From positions 15,190,001-15,254,000 of the forward strand of contig CM059446.1 in NCBI GenBank assembly GCA_030390025.1: a stretch of 64,000 nucleotides of DNA, read 5' to 3'. This document shows, one piece after another, positions 37,280 through 51,587 of this stretch. Position 1 is the first letter of the stretch. Each line of letters starts with the position of its first letter. A program made the position numbers and the translations under genes. The stretch comes from Squalus acanthias (Eukaryota). Under the pieces are notes generated by a model. The model saw only the letters and a program-made list of their open reading frames with translations. It did no database searches and had not been told where the DNA came from.

Positions 37280-40200
37280 TTGAGGCTGTTGGCACAGTTA
37301 AGCCTTTGCCGGGAATTGCATGATTTTGGGGATCAAAGTAATTTGACAGTGTTCCGCAGGTCTGGTTCAATTGGGGATAATTCAGTGGTCCTGCCGATGC
37401 AGAGAGGAAACTTGCATAAGGTCATTGCCCTATGTGGAACTTTAGGAGCCCTAACAAATCCCAGAAAATCCTTGTTAACTTGTGGCTGCATTTTGAGTTG
37501 GTTTATTCCTGTGTTCTTGGAGGATTGTGTGGGTTGGGTAGACTTCTGTGAAATGGTTCCAGAGTGTTTGGTATCTCGAGTTGGTCAATACATTACTTGG
37601 TGCAACACTTGGTGCTCGTCAGAACATGTGTTCATTACAGGCATGGGGAGAAATGAATGTGACCAGGAAATGTGTTAACCTTAATACTGTTGGTCAACTA
37701 CCTTCCTTCTATGGTTCACAACAACACGCTTCGAGTAAGCACATGACGCTTGTGGCGTGTACGGAACAGACTTTATTCTTGTATAGCATAGGTGATCGGC
37801 CTAACTGCACAGAGAGTGGCTTTCAGTTTCTTTCGGTTCTTTGTGGGTAGGCCTAATACACACTGGCCTGGGTATGCAGGAAAAGTGTTCTGTCATCTTC
37901 TCTGGTCTAGACTTGACTATTCTAACGCACTCCTGGCTGGCCTCCCTTGTTCTACCCTATGTAAACCTGAAGTCATCCAAAACGCGGCTGCCCGTGTCCT
38001 AACTCGCACCAAGTCCTGTTAACCCATCACGCCTGTGCTCGATGACCTACATTGGCTCCCAGTTAAGCAACGCCTCGATTTCAAAATTCTCATCCTTGTT
38101 TTCAAATCCCTCCATGGCCTCGCCCCTCCCTATCTCTGTAATCTCCTCCAGCCCCACAACGCCGCCCCCCCCTCCCCCCCCGAAATATCTGTGCTCCTCT
38201 AATTCTGCTCTCTTGAGCATCCCTGATTATAATCGTCAACCATTGGTGGCTGTGCCTTCAGTTGCCAAGGCCTTAAGCTGTGGAATTCCCTCCCTAAACC
38301 TCTCCGCCTCTCTACTTCTCTTTCCTCTTTTAAAACGCTCCTTCAAACCTACCTCTGATCAAGCTTTTGGTCATCTGCCCTAACTTCTCCTTATGTGGCT
38401 GTGTCAAATTTTTGTCTTCTAACACTCCTGTGAAGTGCCTTGGGACGTTTTACTACGTTAAAGGCATTATATAAATACAAGTTGTCGTCGTCTTTCTCAG
38501 AGACTGCTTTCCACAGTGGGTGAATAGTGGGACGTGACCAGAATTGTCTAACAACATGCTTTTTGGACCACAACTCCTCCAACAGTCGTTCCTCAGGGAG
38601 AAGTGCATTTGTTGGGTGTGGTACACTCAATGCATTAACGTGTCTCCATATTCAGTATGCGCTTCCATACCTGTCGCTATTCCTTCTCTGCTGTGTGGGG
38701 ACCTAATTCTTGTTTCCAAGGCTCCCTAAGGTTTTCGGGTGTGTTGTCTTTTGATCTGGAGGAAAATGTGAAATGAAGGGTAGAGATGCATTTGTGGGAT
38801 ATGTTGGAAAGTAGAAGTGCAGTTCCAGGGAGGTTGGCTCATGTTGGAGCTTTTGCACTATTGATGGGTCCTGGAGGAAATGTGTAATTTTGAAATAGTG
38901 ATACTGGTCGTGTTGAGTGAGGTAAAATTTGTTGAACGTGATAATCTAGCCCTTGTTGAGGAGTTGGCCAGTCTTGAATCAGGTGTGGCCTCTGTCTTTG
39001 GGAGTTTTCCATTATGCTGTATTGGGGAGAGGTCTCGTGAGCCCTGTAGGATTTTCAGACAGGTGCAGGCTTCTTTCTAGATCGACAGTTTGTAGCTACT
39101 GTAGGATTTTTCTGGACTTTGTTAGCTTTTTCTCTGAGGGGCAGGCTATGTAAGGGTGTTGTCTTAGAGGCTGTATTCTCTATGCCGAGCCATAGTTCTC
39201 TGGGCAAGCTAGATTCCAGGCTATAATTTCCCAGATTTGTCCTACACTGTTGTAATGCCCAAGACTGGGGAAACTTGAGATCTCCTTCATATTTGAGGTG
39301 CGCGTGTGGATTCTTGCTTTCCCATAAGAACTTGGAGATACGTCTGTTAGTATTTTGGAATGGCTGAGCTGGGATTCCGGTAGGATCTGAAACTGCTATG
39401 AGGTGGGAGAGTACTTTTTTTTTTTAAATATCTGGCTTGCTCCATTTGTCCAGTCAGTGTATATGCTGGCCAGGATGGTTGGTTTTTTTTTCTTGAAAAG
39501 ATCAATGAGCTTGGCAGCCATTGTTAATTGTAGGTATTTGAAGCCAACCACTGACTTTAAAAAAAAAAAAGTAAAAACACATTAAATCTGTGTGGCGATG
39601 TCCTTAGTGAAGGAGAATCCCTCTTTTAGAATAGTTGCCTTTTTTGGGAAGGTATTGAGAAATGAGGTCAGGGGTAAGTGGGATGTCATCATCATACAAC
39701 AATTTTTTTTTTTTGGTTCCTCCTGGCTCCACTGAATGGCTGTCTGAACTTGCTCTGATGCCTGCTACCAGGACAAAATGAGGGGTGATGGGGCATTCTT
39801 GTCTGGTCTCGTGATGGGGGTGCGGAGAGGGTGGGGGGGAATGCAGTGGGGCTGAGTCATTGGTGTACATGATGGATGTGGGATTGAAGTATAGGATTCT
39901 ATAGACTTTCAAGGTTATTGGTTGAGGCAGAAACTATGCCAATATTCAGATTAGATTGGATAGGTGGCTGAAGCTAAAACAGATGAAGGGAAATGAGAAC
40001 AGTCTGGGTAAAATAGAGCAGAACTATTTGCTCCCATGGATTGTAAACACCGACACAGACTGATTGCACCGGATGGCTTGTTTTTGGATTGTGATCCTAT
40101 GTATGTGTCACTGAAGGCCATTTGTGTTGAGTACAGCAAGAAAGAATTCCCATTACATTTGGTCAAATACCACCTTTGTGTTCAGGGAGAGTACAAGGTT

Positions 40201-40480
40201 GGAAAAGTTGCTGCTGTTGCAGTGGTACATCAGGTCAAGTTAGTATCCAGAGTAATAGCCCTCGATGAAGCTTGTTTGGTCAGCAGGGACTATGCTTGGG
40301 GAGTTGGTTTCCAGTCTGGTTGCCAGAACCTTGGCCAATATTTTGCAGTGGGTGTTGAGATGGGGTATGTTTTGAAAACATGCTTGGTTACGCTGGTTTT
40401 TCCTCTTGTGTAAGATGGCATGTTCTACTCTCTCAATATATTGAATCTATTGATTATTTGAGAAAGAGAGATAGTCTTCA
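37280..40480 (-). mobile_element. decayed L1/Tx1-clade LINE ORF2, interrupted by an L2 fragment
   Basis: - strand remnants in the expected order: NTHCKILAKVLATRLE (about 40330), TRQECPITP and LLYDDDI (ORF 39604..39912, decayed GxRQGCPLSP and YADD), FLWESKNP, GDLKFP (about 39270-39325), EHMF* (about 37625). Confidence 0.7.
37905..38490 (+). mobile_element. L2 LINE 3' fragment nested in the L1/Tx1 relic
   Basis: ORF 37792..38022 ends SRLDYSNALLAGLPCSTLCKPEVIQNAAARVLTRTK, typical L2 ORF2 C-terminus; L2 tail. Confidence 0.88.
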
Positions 40481-40661
40481 GTATTTAGGCTGAGTTCTCT
40501 TAAACGTCAGAAACTAGCTGGATGTACAAATGGTGTAGGGACAGCATGCTGTACGTTGGGATGTAGCAAAGGAGGATAGTACTGTATTAAAATGTATAAC
40601 TTTTGTGCTGAGTTTTGTTTTTACTTGACAAGTACTTTACATCGCTTTGACTTTTATTTAG

Positions 40662-40837
40662 AACTGGCTGGCAGATCCGCATGGCGGTCCTGAAGGAGAA
40701 GAGCACATCCGTGGTATTTTAACAGAAGCCAAGAGAATTGCAGATCTTTGTGAGGACCCCAAAGAACGGGATGATATATTGCGCTCGATTAATGAAATAG
40801 GAGCACTGTCGGCCAAGCTGTCTGATTTGAGAAGGCA
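40662..40837 (+). CDS. vcl: vinculin exon 10 (176 nt)
   Basis: atttag|AAC...CA|gtatgt; [58 protein letters not shown](Q). Confidence 0.97.
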
Positions 40838-41239
40838 GTATGTATTTAAAAAATAGATAACTGAAGGACAGACTGATGATTATGACATGAGCTTTTTTAC
40901 TTGGATCTATCAAGTCTTACCCATTTAGCATGAAACTCAGTTCGGTTTATAAATGTTGTCTGTTTTGACTGAACTAGGTCTTAAAAGTGAACACAACTCC
41001 ATAAAGAGACGTAAAGTATGTGTCGTCTGTTTCACCCTTCAATCGTTAAACTCGCACCTAATATTTGCCCAATCTGCTTGAATTTTCATCAATTATTGCA
41101 CTACTGTTCAAATTTGAATGATAGAAATCAGTATTCATATTTGACTACAGTTTTTTTTAAATCATGAACTTTATTTACTTCAATGCTGTTTGTTTAATTT
41201 TTAATGAAGTGTTGTGACCCTGCTTTCTGTGCTTTTCAG

Positions 41240-41430
41240 AGGTAAAGGAGACACCCCAGAAGCCCGTGCTTTGGCTAAGCAAATTGCTACCACGTTGCAA
41301 AATTTACAGACTAAGACAAATCGAGCAGTGGCCAATAGTAGGCCAGTAAAAGCAGCAGTCAATTTGGAAGGCAAAATAGAGCAAGCCCAGCGCTGGATTG
41401 ATAATCCTACAGTTGATGACCGTGGTATTG
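41240..41430 (+). CDS. vcl: vinculin exon 11 (191 nt)
   Basis: ttcag|A...G|gtaagt; [63 protein letters not shown]. Confidence 0.97.
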
Positions 41431-42388
41431 GTAAGTACACACGAAATCAATTGAAACGCAGAATGGGTGTTAAATCATTCTTTCGAAGACCAGTATCTCG
41501 CTAGCAGGTACAAGGTTACATAGCAGAATATCTAACCGTACACAAAGTATTTATTTCTTGACCTAGTGCATTCAACATAAGGGAAATGGTAGGTAACTTG
41601 GTCATCTCCACCCTCATCAGTTCTTAAGTTAATATGATTCAAGGAATTAAAAATGGCAAGACTTTGTATTTGCTATAATCAAATATGAAATTCCAGCCTG
41701 AAGTCAAATTTACATCTCACCGGTGACATTCCATCTTGAACTTCGAGCCCTGCAAAGAAGTCTGTGTTGGCTGGAAAATAATTGAACTTAGTTGGTGCAA
41801 ATTTTAGATGTGGAGTGTACACAGCAAATATGTAACAAATAACATTGCCATTCTATAGGAAACGAATGGAAAATGTGGGGGAAAAGTACTTTCAGTCTCA
41901 GCAATTTTTTTTTTCTCCTTCATCCAACATGCAGGCCTTGTGGAAAAGCAGTTTTTAAAAAACAAATCTCCTCCGACCTTTTTAATGTTTTCTTTCAAGA
42001 CCTGCCATTTTGGGTGGTCTTCGCCTCATCGTAATCCTCTAGGATTGCCTCTTTGGTCAAATATTTTCTCCCTTCCCGTCTTCAGCTCTTCACACCATAC
42101 ACCTTCCTCAGCTGTGAGGATGAACAGACTGTACCAAAGCCGTTGCCAATGAATGGTACTTGTTTCTAGCTGCTGAAAGGTGAGCAAGAACAGTCTGAAA
42201 TGACCTTCCCTTTTGTCCCCCCTTTTCCAACTTTGTCTCCTTTTGTAATGAAGTGCCTGGCTTCCGTTCAAAACTTCAGTAATTCAATTTGGATGTCGAA
42301 AACCTTTGAAACGAATGATGTGCCACCATTTTGCCCACTTAGAACTGATGCTTGATTTAATTTAAGGAATTTTTTCCCTTCACTTTAG

Positions 42389-42588
42389 GCCAGGCAGCTA
42401 TCCGTGGACTTGTTGCCGAGGGCCGTCGACTGGCAAATGCAATGATGGGACCTTATCGTCAGGAACTGACTGGAAAGTGTGACAGGGTGGAGCAGCTGGC
42501 TGGACAACTTGCAGAGCTGGCAGCTCGGGGTGAAGGGGACAGTCCTCAGTCCAGAGCAATTGCTGCACAACTACAGGACGCACTAAAA
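42389..42588 (+). CDS. vcl: vinculin exon 12 (200 nt)
   Basis: tttag|GC...AAA|gtagga; (G)[66 protein letters not shown]. Confidence 0.97.
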
Positions 42589-44386
42589 GTAGGAGTGTTT
42601 GTAATCTGACTTGGCCATTTTGATTTACTGAATCTTGTTTTGTCGGTGCATTAAAGCGGTTGATCTCATTCACCATGCACCTCACAATTCTGATACCTTG
42701 CTATGATTCTCGGCAGTTTTAACTATAAAGTAACTTTAGTGTTTCAAACATACGAGTGTTTGACCATGATCTTTTAGGTTTGTGTGAGTAAAGATCTTAA
42801 TGTAAGTATTTTGATTTGTTTAATGGATGAACAAATCCGTATATGGGGAGCGTTCGCCTGTTGCATTTATAATTAAAAAAAATTAGCTTCAGCATTCTGG
42901 TGCAGAAAATATCAGGCTGAAAACTGTCATTTCTGTATGCTGATCAACTGTGTTGCAGTATCATAATTGTGATAGTGATTCGCTTTTTACCTGAATATGA
43001 ATATATTTTTAAATTCGAGTCCAGGTAGCAAGGGCGGAATGGCTTTTCCATCCAAATTGTAATTCGTTTTTTAAAAATTATTCTGAGAATTGAAACATGC
43101 AATAAAGAAACACTTTAAAAAAATTTAAACCCTTACATTTGATGGTAACTGTTCCTATTAACCACCTGTACAGTGTTAACTGAATTTTTTCCACTAGGTG
43201 GAGTACTATGTCTGCCATAACTAATGCTTTATTGGAATAAAGCCTCTTGCGTCACATTCTTTTGCCAGCCGTTTAATTTTTAATTACACTAAGAGTGCAT
43301 AGTTTTGCAGTGAATACATTTGGAGTAAAGCTTAAACACTAGAGGCTGGTCATTTGAGACCATACATTTGTGAATGTGTTGATTGCTTAGGACATGAAAG
43401 TTGCTATTCTTATGAATAAATGATAATTGGTTAAATGGGGAGAAGGGAAGTTGGCAGTAGGGAATGAACTTCTACGCGGAGAACAAGCTCATTGCAAATT
43501 TAACACATATCTACATGTATATGTGTGCTCCTCCTCCCTTTCACCTTCCTCCTTTTTTGGGTATGATCTGGCCTCTGCTTGACACCTCTCGACAGTAGCA
43601 ATGCTGATTGCCAATTCATGATGAAGGAATTGCAGGCATGAACGGGCATCTATAATTTAATAGACTAGTGGAACTTAAGTACTGTACTAGCCCATAGATT
43701 TTGCTTTTATTTATTCTAATGTTTCAGAAAGCATCTACTTAATTTAAGTTTACCAGAGGCCAGTTTCAAATGAGGAGCTTGTAATGTGTGGTGCTATTGC
43801 ATGAACCTGAATCCTACCATGCTACCACAGTGTGTTGGTGCAGGCTGTAAATGCCACAGGGCCATCTACTCTTCACCCACACAGTCATCACTTTGAGGAC
43901 CAATTTCTCCAATGCTCTCCACTTTTCACAATTTTCAGCCTATCCAGAACTTCAAAGTCTGCATTTTCTTCTGCAGAATCCCACACAGCCATCATCCCTT
44001 CCTTCATCTGCACTGGCTCCTTGTGCCCCAGTGAATCAACTTCAAGATCTTAATTTTTTTAAGTCCCTTGAAGGCAATATCTCATGTTACTTGGTTAGTC
44101 TTCTCCAGCAATACATCCTAGCCTACACATTCTATTTATTTTCCAAAACATTTGGCGTCACTAGGTCTGTCTTTGCCCTAAAAGGCTATCTTAAAAGTAA
44201 ACATTTTGAATGCATCATTACTATTCCCTCCCATCAGATTTATTTACCTTGTGCTTTGTATCCATCTATTCCCATTGCAAAAGTACCATAAAATGTTAAT
44301 TTACACGAGGCACATTTTATATGTTAGACTCGTGTAATTTCTTTAAGGCAAAATACTAATACTTTGTCACCTTTATTCTCACTTAG

Positions 44387-44515
44387 GACCTCAAAGGCAA
44401 AATGCAAGAAGTCATGACCCAGGAAGTATCTGATGTTTTCAGCGACACTACCACTCCAATTAAGTTGCTTGCTGTAGCAGCCACGTCTCCTCGGGATGCA
44501 CCAAATAGAGAAGAG
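44387..44515 (+). CDS. vcl: vinculin exon 13 (129 nt)
   Basis: cttag|GAC...GAG|gtaagt; [43 protein letters not shown]. Confidence 0.97.
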
Positions 44516-44580
44516 GTAAGTGGGTCTCTGGAGATTTTATCTCAAACACGAGTGTTTGTTTAGAACATACGTTTGACTTG

Positions 44581-44671
44581 ACATAGAAACATAGAAGATA
44601 GGAGCAGGAGTAGGCCATTCGGCCCCTCTAGCCTGCTCCGCCATTCAATGCGATCATGGCAGATCATCCAA
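44581..44671 (-). mobile_element. CR1 3' UTR fragment (about 90 bp)
   Basis: acatagaaacatagaagataggagcaggagtaggccattcggcc..., nearly identical to 10255-10345. Confidence 0.9.
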
Positions 44672-46051
44672 AGTAAAGTAAACCAGTTTTCAGAAGTTTT
44701 CTGTCGCAAAACAAAAGATTGATGCAACAAGAAATGAGCTCTGAGTACTGAATTTTCTTTGCACTTCCCAGAAAAGTGAAATATTCTTTCCAAAGAATGG
44801 ATGCGAATGATATTTTTATGGGAAAGCAATCTGGTGATTAACTTTTTAAAGGGTACATCGAATAGATGAGGTAAACCCAGATTATTACTTCAAAGTAAGC
44901 CAGGAAAGTAGGATAGGAGGATGTAAATTTTAGTGGAAAGCAAATTGAAAACTAAAGTTAAGAAGAACTTGAGTAAAAGTTTAGAGTGACGTTGAGTAAG
45001 TTGGACAAAAATATTGGAGTTGTTCAAAGGTTGGGTTGTGATATTTTTGAGACATGCACTTTAATGGACCAAATGGCCTTGACTTGTCACTTTACTTGGG
45101 ATTTGCTGTAAGTCTTTAGTGCACTGAAAAGGTACTTTCCATCCTAAATAATTTACAGCCCGTTGTCTGTTCAAATATCTATCATGGTATTTCTGGCTGG
45201 TAGATTTCACATGCTTGAAGGAAGTCATGCAGTGCACAATGACCACTCTATCATCCTGTGTTTATTAAATGAGATATGAGGGAACCAAAGCAGCATAGTC
45301 TGTGCCAAATGCTTTCCTAGTCTTAGAATGATTAACCTAAGTTAGCAAAAGTTTCAATTTTACATACCTGTTAAACTTATGTATTTTGCTATTGAAGATT
45401 GAAATAATAGTTGAAATTGTGATATGTGAATTATTGTGTTTGTGACGCTTTTGTAATTTAACTTCTAAATGGTGACCAGATCGAAAACCGTACCTGAAAT
45501 TTAATACTACCAATCAGTTAACTAAAAAAAAGTGACCATGCAAACGAGAGCTGTTGCAGTGGTAAATTATTTAATTTGCCGATAACCAATGTGGTGATGA
45601 AATGCGTTGGAACACCGATGCATGGGATTGTGGAGCGGTGGGATATGGGTTTGCACCCTCTATATACTACACTGCTGAATATTTGATCTTGGCCATGTTG
45701 CTGTTGGAAAGTATTGAGCAGAGTTGGAGTGATTCCTTCATTGGGTGAGGATTGTCACCTTGACTGTCTCTCTCGCACCCTTTTACGGTTGCTTCACATC
45801 AGTGGAGACTTGGGTGCAGGTTGCCTTCCAAATCTCTCGGATACAGTTAGTGCATTACCAAAGCTGACAAGAAATTCAGAAAAAAAAAATCGAGACTGTT
45901 TTGATTATGTCTTTTATTTTAAATCTGATAAACTATTATGACCAACAGAACTAGAAAGTTTTACATCATGATTTTCAGATTAATAAGGAAAATTACATTT
46001 GCTACTTTGCAATCAATATATAAAAATACTAAAATGTTGCTGTATTTGCAG

Positions 46052-46201
46052 ATGTTTGAGGAGAGGGCAGTTTATTTTGAGAACCATGCTGCCAAACTCG
46101 GTGCTACAGCAGAGAAAGCTGCTGCTGTTGGAGCTGCAAACAAAAGCACAGTAGAAGGTATACAGACAGCTGTAAAGTCCGCTCGAGAGTTAACACCACA
46201 G
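46052..46201 (+). CDS. vcl: vinculin exon 14 (150 nt)
   Basis: tgcag|ATG...CAG|gtaggt; [50 protein letters not shown]. Confidence 0.97.
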
Positions 46202-46532
46202 GTAGGTCTTTAGTTAAACACTCAATCAGGATTGTTTTAAAAAAAAAAAAGTACTCCTTTTTAAAAATTATTCTTCCTATAACTTCCACCCTGTGCTTCT
46301 GTTCCATTTTAGCCACCTGACTCTCCTCTTCAGTTTAACTGCTGTATATTATACATACACATATATATGTGTGTGTTACTGATACTTCATGCAGACCCAG
46401 ATGGGGTTCTTTTTTTCTTCCTTTCCTTGAATATCTCTTAATGTCTCTTAATCTCTCCTTTTGTTCTTTCGTTCCCTCCCCCTTTTCCCAGCTTTATCCT
46501 TGCCTTAAATCTATTTGATTTCCTGCTGTTTC

Positions 46533-46669
46533 CAGTTCTGATGAAAGGTCTCGACCTGAAACGTTAACTCTGTTTCTCTCTCCACGGATGCTGCCTCGCC
46601 TGCTGAGTTTTTCCAGCGTTTTCTGTTGTTATTTCGGATTTCCAGCATCTGCAGTATTTTGCTATCGTA
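46533..46669 (+). mobile_element. Penelope-like terminal repeat relic (may extend left to about 46400)
   Basis: near-identical to the reverse complement of 15585-15721. Confidence 0.82.
46534..46569 (+). ncRNA. minimal type I hammerhead ribozyme motif on the vcl sense strand
   Basis: AGTT-CTGATGA-A-AGGT ctcg ACCT-GAAA-CG-TT-AACT. Confidence 0.8.
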
Positions 46670-46874
46670 GTTCAGTAACTGCTGAATGAGAACTTTCAGT
46701 GTAACAAAGCGCTCGTTCTTTTCAAGGTGGAATACCCCATCTAGTGGAATAACTGGAAAATGGATCAAGCTATTTGAATCAGCTGCATGTGGCATTAATT
46801 TTTTTTAAAGATTTTTTTTTCACTTTCAACATTTTTTATTTTCATTCCTTCAACTGTCAGCCACATAGTTCTAA

Positions 46875-47162
<288 letters not shown>

Positions 47163-48489
47163 TAAGTAACTTTTTTTTACCTGCTTCCTTGTGTCACTGG
47201 CTATCCCAAGTGGTAGCTCCGTAAACCAAACTTACATTGAGCTCGAAGCCGTCAGTAGCTAAACAATATGTTGGCAAAATAATCAATGGCAATAATCTTG
47301 GGTCTAATCAAATACCTTTGTGCTTTGAAAGATTCTTTAATAGTGAAATACTTAAAGAAAATTAAACCAGCTTGTCAAATTTAAGAGTAAGTTCATTGAT
47401 CCTGTGTTCTCAATAGGGAGCTGCACTTGATAGAATAGCTTTTTGGAAAATATGTGCCATAGTGTTTGTAATCCAATCTCTGACCCGTGCTCCCTTCGAG
47501 CATGGGTCCCCTGTGAAATTGGTGAACTTACCCAATAGTCTTCACCCTAATAGAAATTGCTTCAAACACTCTTTTTCCTGCTTATCTGTTTTGCAGAGAA
47601 AGTTGATGTAATTGCATAAATCACCCTTTTCTCTCGATTGGAAGTCTTTCCTATATTTTTAAAATAAATCCAGTTTCTCCACCCCTCCCTTACAGTATGC
47701 TTGCTGTGTGGGGATTGGGGCCACGAACCCACACCTTACTACCCCATGGCACAGCATGGTGTGTAATCACTGTTTGCTAATCTTGCTGTAAAAATGCTTC
47801 TGTAATGTGGAATGGGCGATATGAGCTTCTGTATTGCTGCTATTATGGATCACTGTTGTCATTACAGTCTACTTCATCTCTGTAAATTAAAGATTTGTGT
47901 CTAGTTTGAGCATTTAAAATTAACAAGTGGCAACCTATTAATCTGAATTGGCCATTTTTAACAAGTTGATTCCTGGTATGCTTTGTAAATGTTAATCCCT
48001 CTATTCCCTCTCCCCACCCTCTTAACTCCTTCTCTAGGAGTTGAAGGTCAATGTAGCTCATGACTGACTGGGTATGTGGTTGTCTGCTGCCAAACATTTG
48101 CTGATGCTTCTGTTCAGGTGGCTCCCAGGAACTGTGCGAGAGCTTTTAATTTTCCTTTCTCCAAGCAGCACTTATGACATCAGGAATTAAAACCTGCATC
48201 CCTCTACTGCATGGCACTGCGAGGCTTGAATGCCTGTTTTTCACCATAACTTAAATTGTACAAATGTTTAAATGTACTATTTCTGAGAATATGTTACTAG
48301 ATTGTTAGTAAGGAGGATATGGCTGCATTCTCCCATTTTTGTTGGTGTAGTGTACAGTGCCACCATGTCACTCCAATTTCCCAGCTATACCAAACTAGAG
48401 ACTTCTGTTTGGATGAGATGAGTTTTGGTAACGGCTTAAAATTTAGAATTATATTTGTTCAATTTTGTGCAGATAATACTAGGTAATAA

Positions 48490-48858
<369 letters not shown>

Positions 48859-49610
48859 TGAATGTGCCTGTTTCATATTGAGGATTGTCTGTTTGTAATG
48901 TAACAGGTAAAATTAAGAGCAATGCAAACGGTTTGTTGTTCTGACATTATAGATAAGATTATTCACTCTAGGTCAAGGGTACAAGAAAAAGACCAACTGT
49001 TGCACTCTAGCAGTGGCGCTAAAGATTTGATGTTGAGGTGCATAAGATAATTTCTTCCGACTTCAGGCAACGATTCCCTCTAATTTCCCCCTACCTATAA
49101 CAACTTGATATGATTTTGTTGAATTTGGATATTTTTTTGCATCTGAATTTAACATTTCAGAGCCGCTTAATCTAGTTTCTGTGCAGTTTCTAAATTTTCA
49201 TTTATCCAAGTGATGTTTTGGGGAGGAGAAATGAAATCACACGTATCAGTGCTTGCCATTTTACTTCCAAGACTGATGCATTTTCTATCTTGCTATGGCC
49301 TGGAAGTAACAGTAGCCTGCATTTGAGTGAAGTAAAAGTGACTAAACTGAACAATGAGGTGTGATTTGTAAAAATTGAAGTTCGTTTGTTATGGTTTTAC
49401 TTGCAACACTCTTAGAGCAGTTTTGTACATCAACAAAAATGTCACATGTTTTACTTAGTTGATGGGGATGAGCTTTTGCAATTTTTGTTGTCAGTTAAAT
49501 CTCTGAACCTTTTGTTAGGCTTATGTATCATTCAAAAATACGAGTGTTTGTTTACTTAAAGCATTGTGCCAGTTTACTTTTGTTTGATGATCTGTAATTC
49601 TTACGTGCAG

Positions 49611-49735
49611 GTTTGCAGAAGAGCTTCTTGGATTCAGGATATCGAATTTTAGGTGCTGTGGCCAAGGTTCGAGAAGCTTTCCAGCCTCAGGAGCCAGACT
49701 TTCCTCCTCCACCACCTGATCTAGATCAGCTCCAT
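49611..49735 (+). CDS. vcl: vinculin exon 17 (125 nt)
   Basis: tgcag|GT...CAT|gtatgt; (G)[41 protein letters not shown]; Y822 equivalent and the FPPPP Ena/VASP EVH1 motif retained. Confidence 0.97.
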
Positions 49736-50835
49736 GTATGTCTACATTTGATATTTAACATAACTAAAGAGGATTGATGGTTTGTTTTAGCTGATTAAAG
49801 AAATCATGTTACTACCAAATTGGTTTACAAAGAAAGCCATATAGTAGGGACATCACACTGGGAAAATAATATCCATAATTTAACAGACTCCAAAATGTCA
49901 GCAGAATTCTTAATTAAAAAGTCCTAAATATGAATGCTTACAGTAGGGAAGACTTTACTGCCTTGTTTCATATGGGATTACTAGTTATATGTGTGATACA
50001 AGTTTTCTAGTAGAGAGTGTAGTATACAATTGACCATTTTTTACGACAAAGTAAAATGCTGTGCTTAATCAGCGCATAATATAATTACAATAAAACTGGC
50101 AAAATTCGTTTTTTACAAAAAAAGTTTGTATTTGTTGCAGAGAGAACGTAGTTGAGGAACTTGGACAGGTTTACTTCAGTTGTAATAGAATGAGGTCTTT
50201 GAATCGTATAAAGTTAAAACCCCATTTATGCTACCAATTGTCTGAAACTGGTAACAGACCATATTGGTGATGTGTTCATAATGCAACTTCTATCAAACTA
50301 CAAATATTGCAACAGCTTAAGTGGAATTAAACGTACCTTTTTTTCAGAAGGCTATCTACCCCGGTCTGAATGTGTTGTCTTGTGAAATGTATCCTGTTGG
50401 TCTTTGATCCTGAGTCTTTCTGAATAGCAGTTATGTAATTTTGGTTCATGATGCAATCTGGACTGTTTTAGACCTGCACATTCATTCTTAGCTGTGATCA
50501 CACTGTTAAATCACCTATTCTAAAGAAAATGGTGTCACACAGTGTACACTGTTGCCACTCAGCATTTTTAATGGATTGATCTCGCATGAGAAACCTTGCA
50601 CTTAAATCAGTGTGCTCTTTGTTTCATGCTCTTAATTGATTAGGTTACGTCTTCCACCACTCGTTAGTACTTTATTCCAGTGTTGTGTAGCTCAACCCAT
50701 GTATGAAAGAAAAAAAATCTATCATTTAGTATAGGGGCATTTTCCACAATTCAGTTGAACGTGAGAAAATTTCACAAGTTTTCCATTGTACTTTATTAAA
50801 CTAGTGGTGGGGGTGGGAGGAGAAACTGATGAAGA

Positions 50836-51235
50836 TTGAGAGGGGACCTCATAGAAGTGTATAAAATTCTGACAGGTCTAGACAGACTAGATGCAGAAGG
50901 AATGTTTCCCTTGGCGGGTGAGAACAGAACTAGAGGACATAATTTAAGGATAAGGGCTAAACCATTTAGGACAGAAATGAGGGGGAATTTCTTCACTCAG
51001 GAGGGTGGTGAACCTGTGGAACTCATTGCCACAGAGGGCAGTGTACGCCAGCTCATTAAATATATTTAAGAGGGAATTAGATATATTTCTACAGGCAAAA
51101 GGGGTTAAGGGTTACGGAGAGAAGGCGGGGACGGGATACTGAATTGGAGGATCAGCCATGATCTCATTAAATGGCGGAGCAGGCTCGAAGGGCCGGATGG
51201 CCTACTCCTGCTCCTATCTTCTATGTATCTATGTG
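50836..51235 (+). mobile_element. CR1 3' fragment in sense orientation
   Basis: ORF 50836..51069 RGDLIEVYKILTGLDRLDA...FRTEMRGNFFTQ; 3' UTR and tctatgtatctatg tail. Confidence 0.92.
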
Positions 51236-51260
51236 TGAAATTTCTCCTGCTTAACTATTG

Positions 51261-51282
51261 TATATATATATATATATATATA
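51261..51282. repeat. (TA)n microsatellite
   Basis: about 11 TA units; a shorter run lies at about 58007-58023. Confidence 0.9.
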
Positions 51283-51587
51283 AAATGTGTTGGTTAGTCA
51301 GTTGAGGATTAGTAATGGAGTGTTTGGATTTGTATTGCATTGAGGTAAAACCTCTTGGGAGTTTTGCTTATTTACCACTAAAGTGTGATCAATTAAAAAT
51401 ACAAAGTAAGGCAGATTATAATACTGTGAAATTCCAGTGCAAGATCGCTGCCTTTTGTATAATTATTGTGTAAAAATAATTTTCTCAAGTATCTCGTTTC
51501 CTATGCTTTATGTAATTAAAAAAATAGTAAGCTTTATGCTAAATTTGCCTTTTATATTGAGCTTTCAAATCAATGCATTGTTTACAG

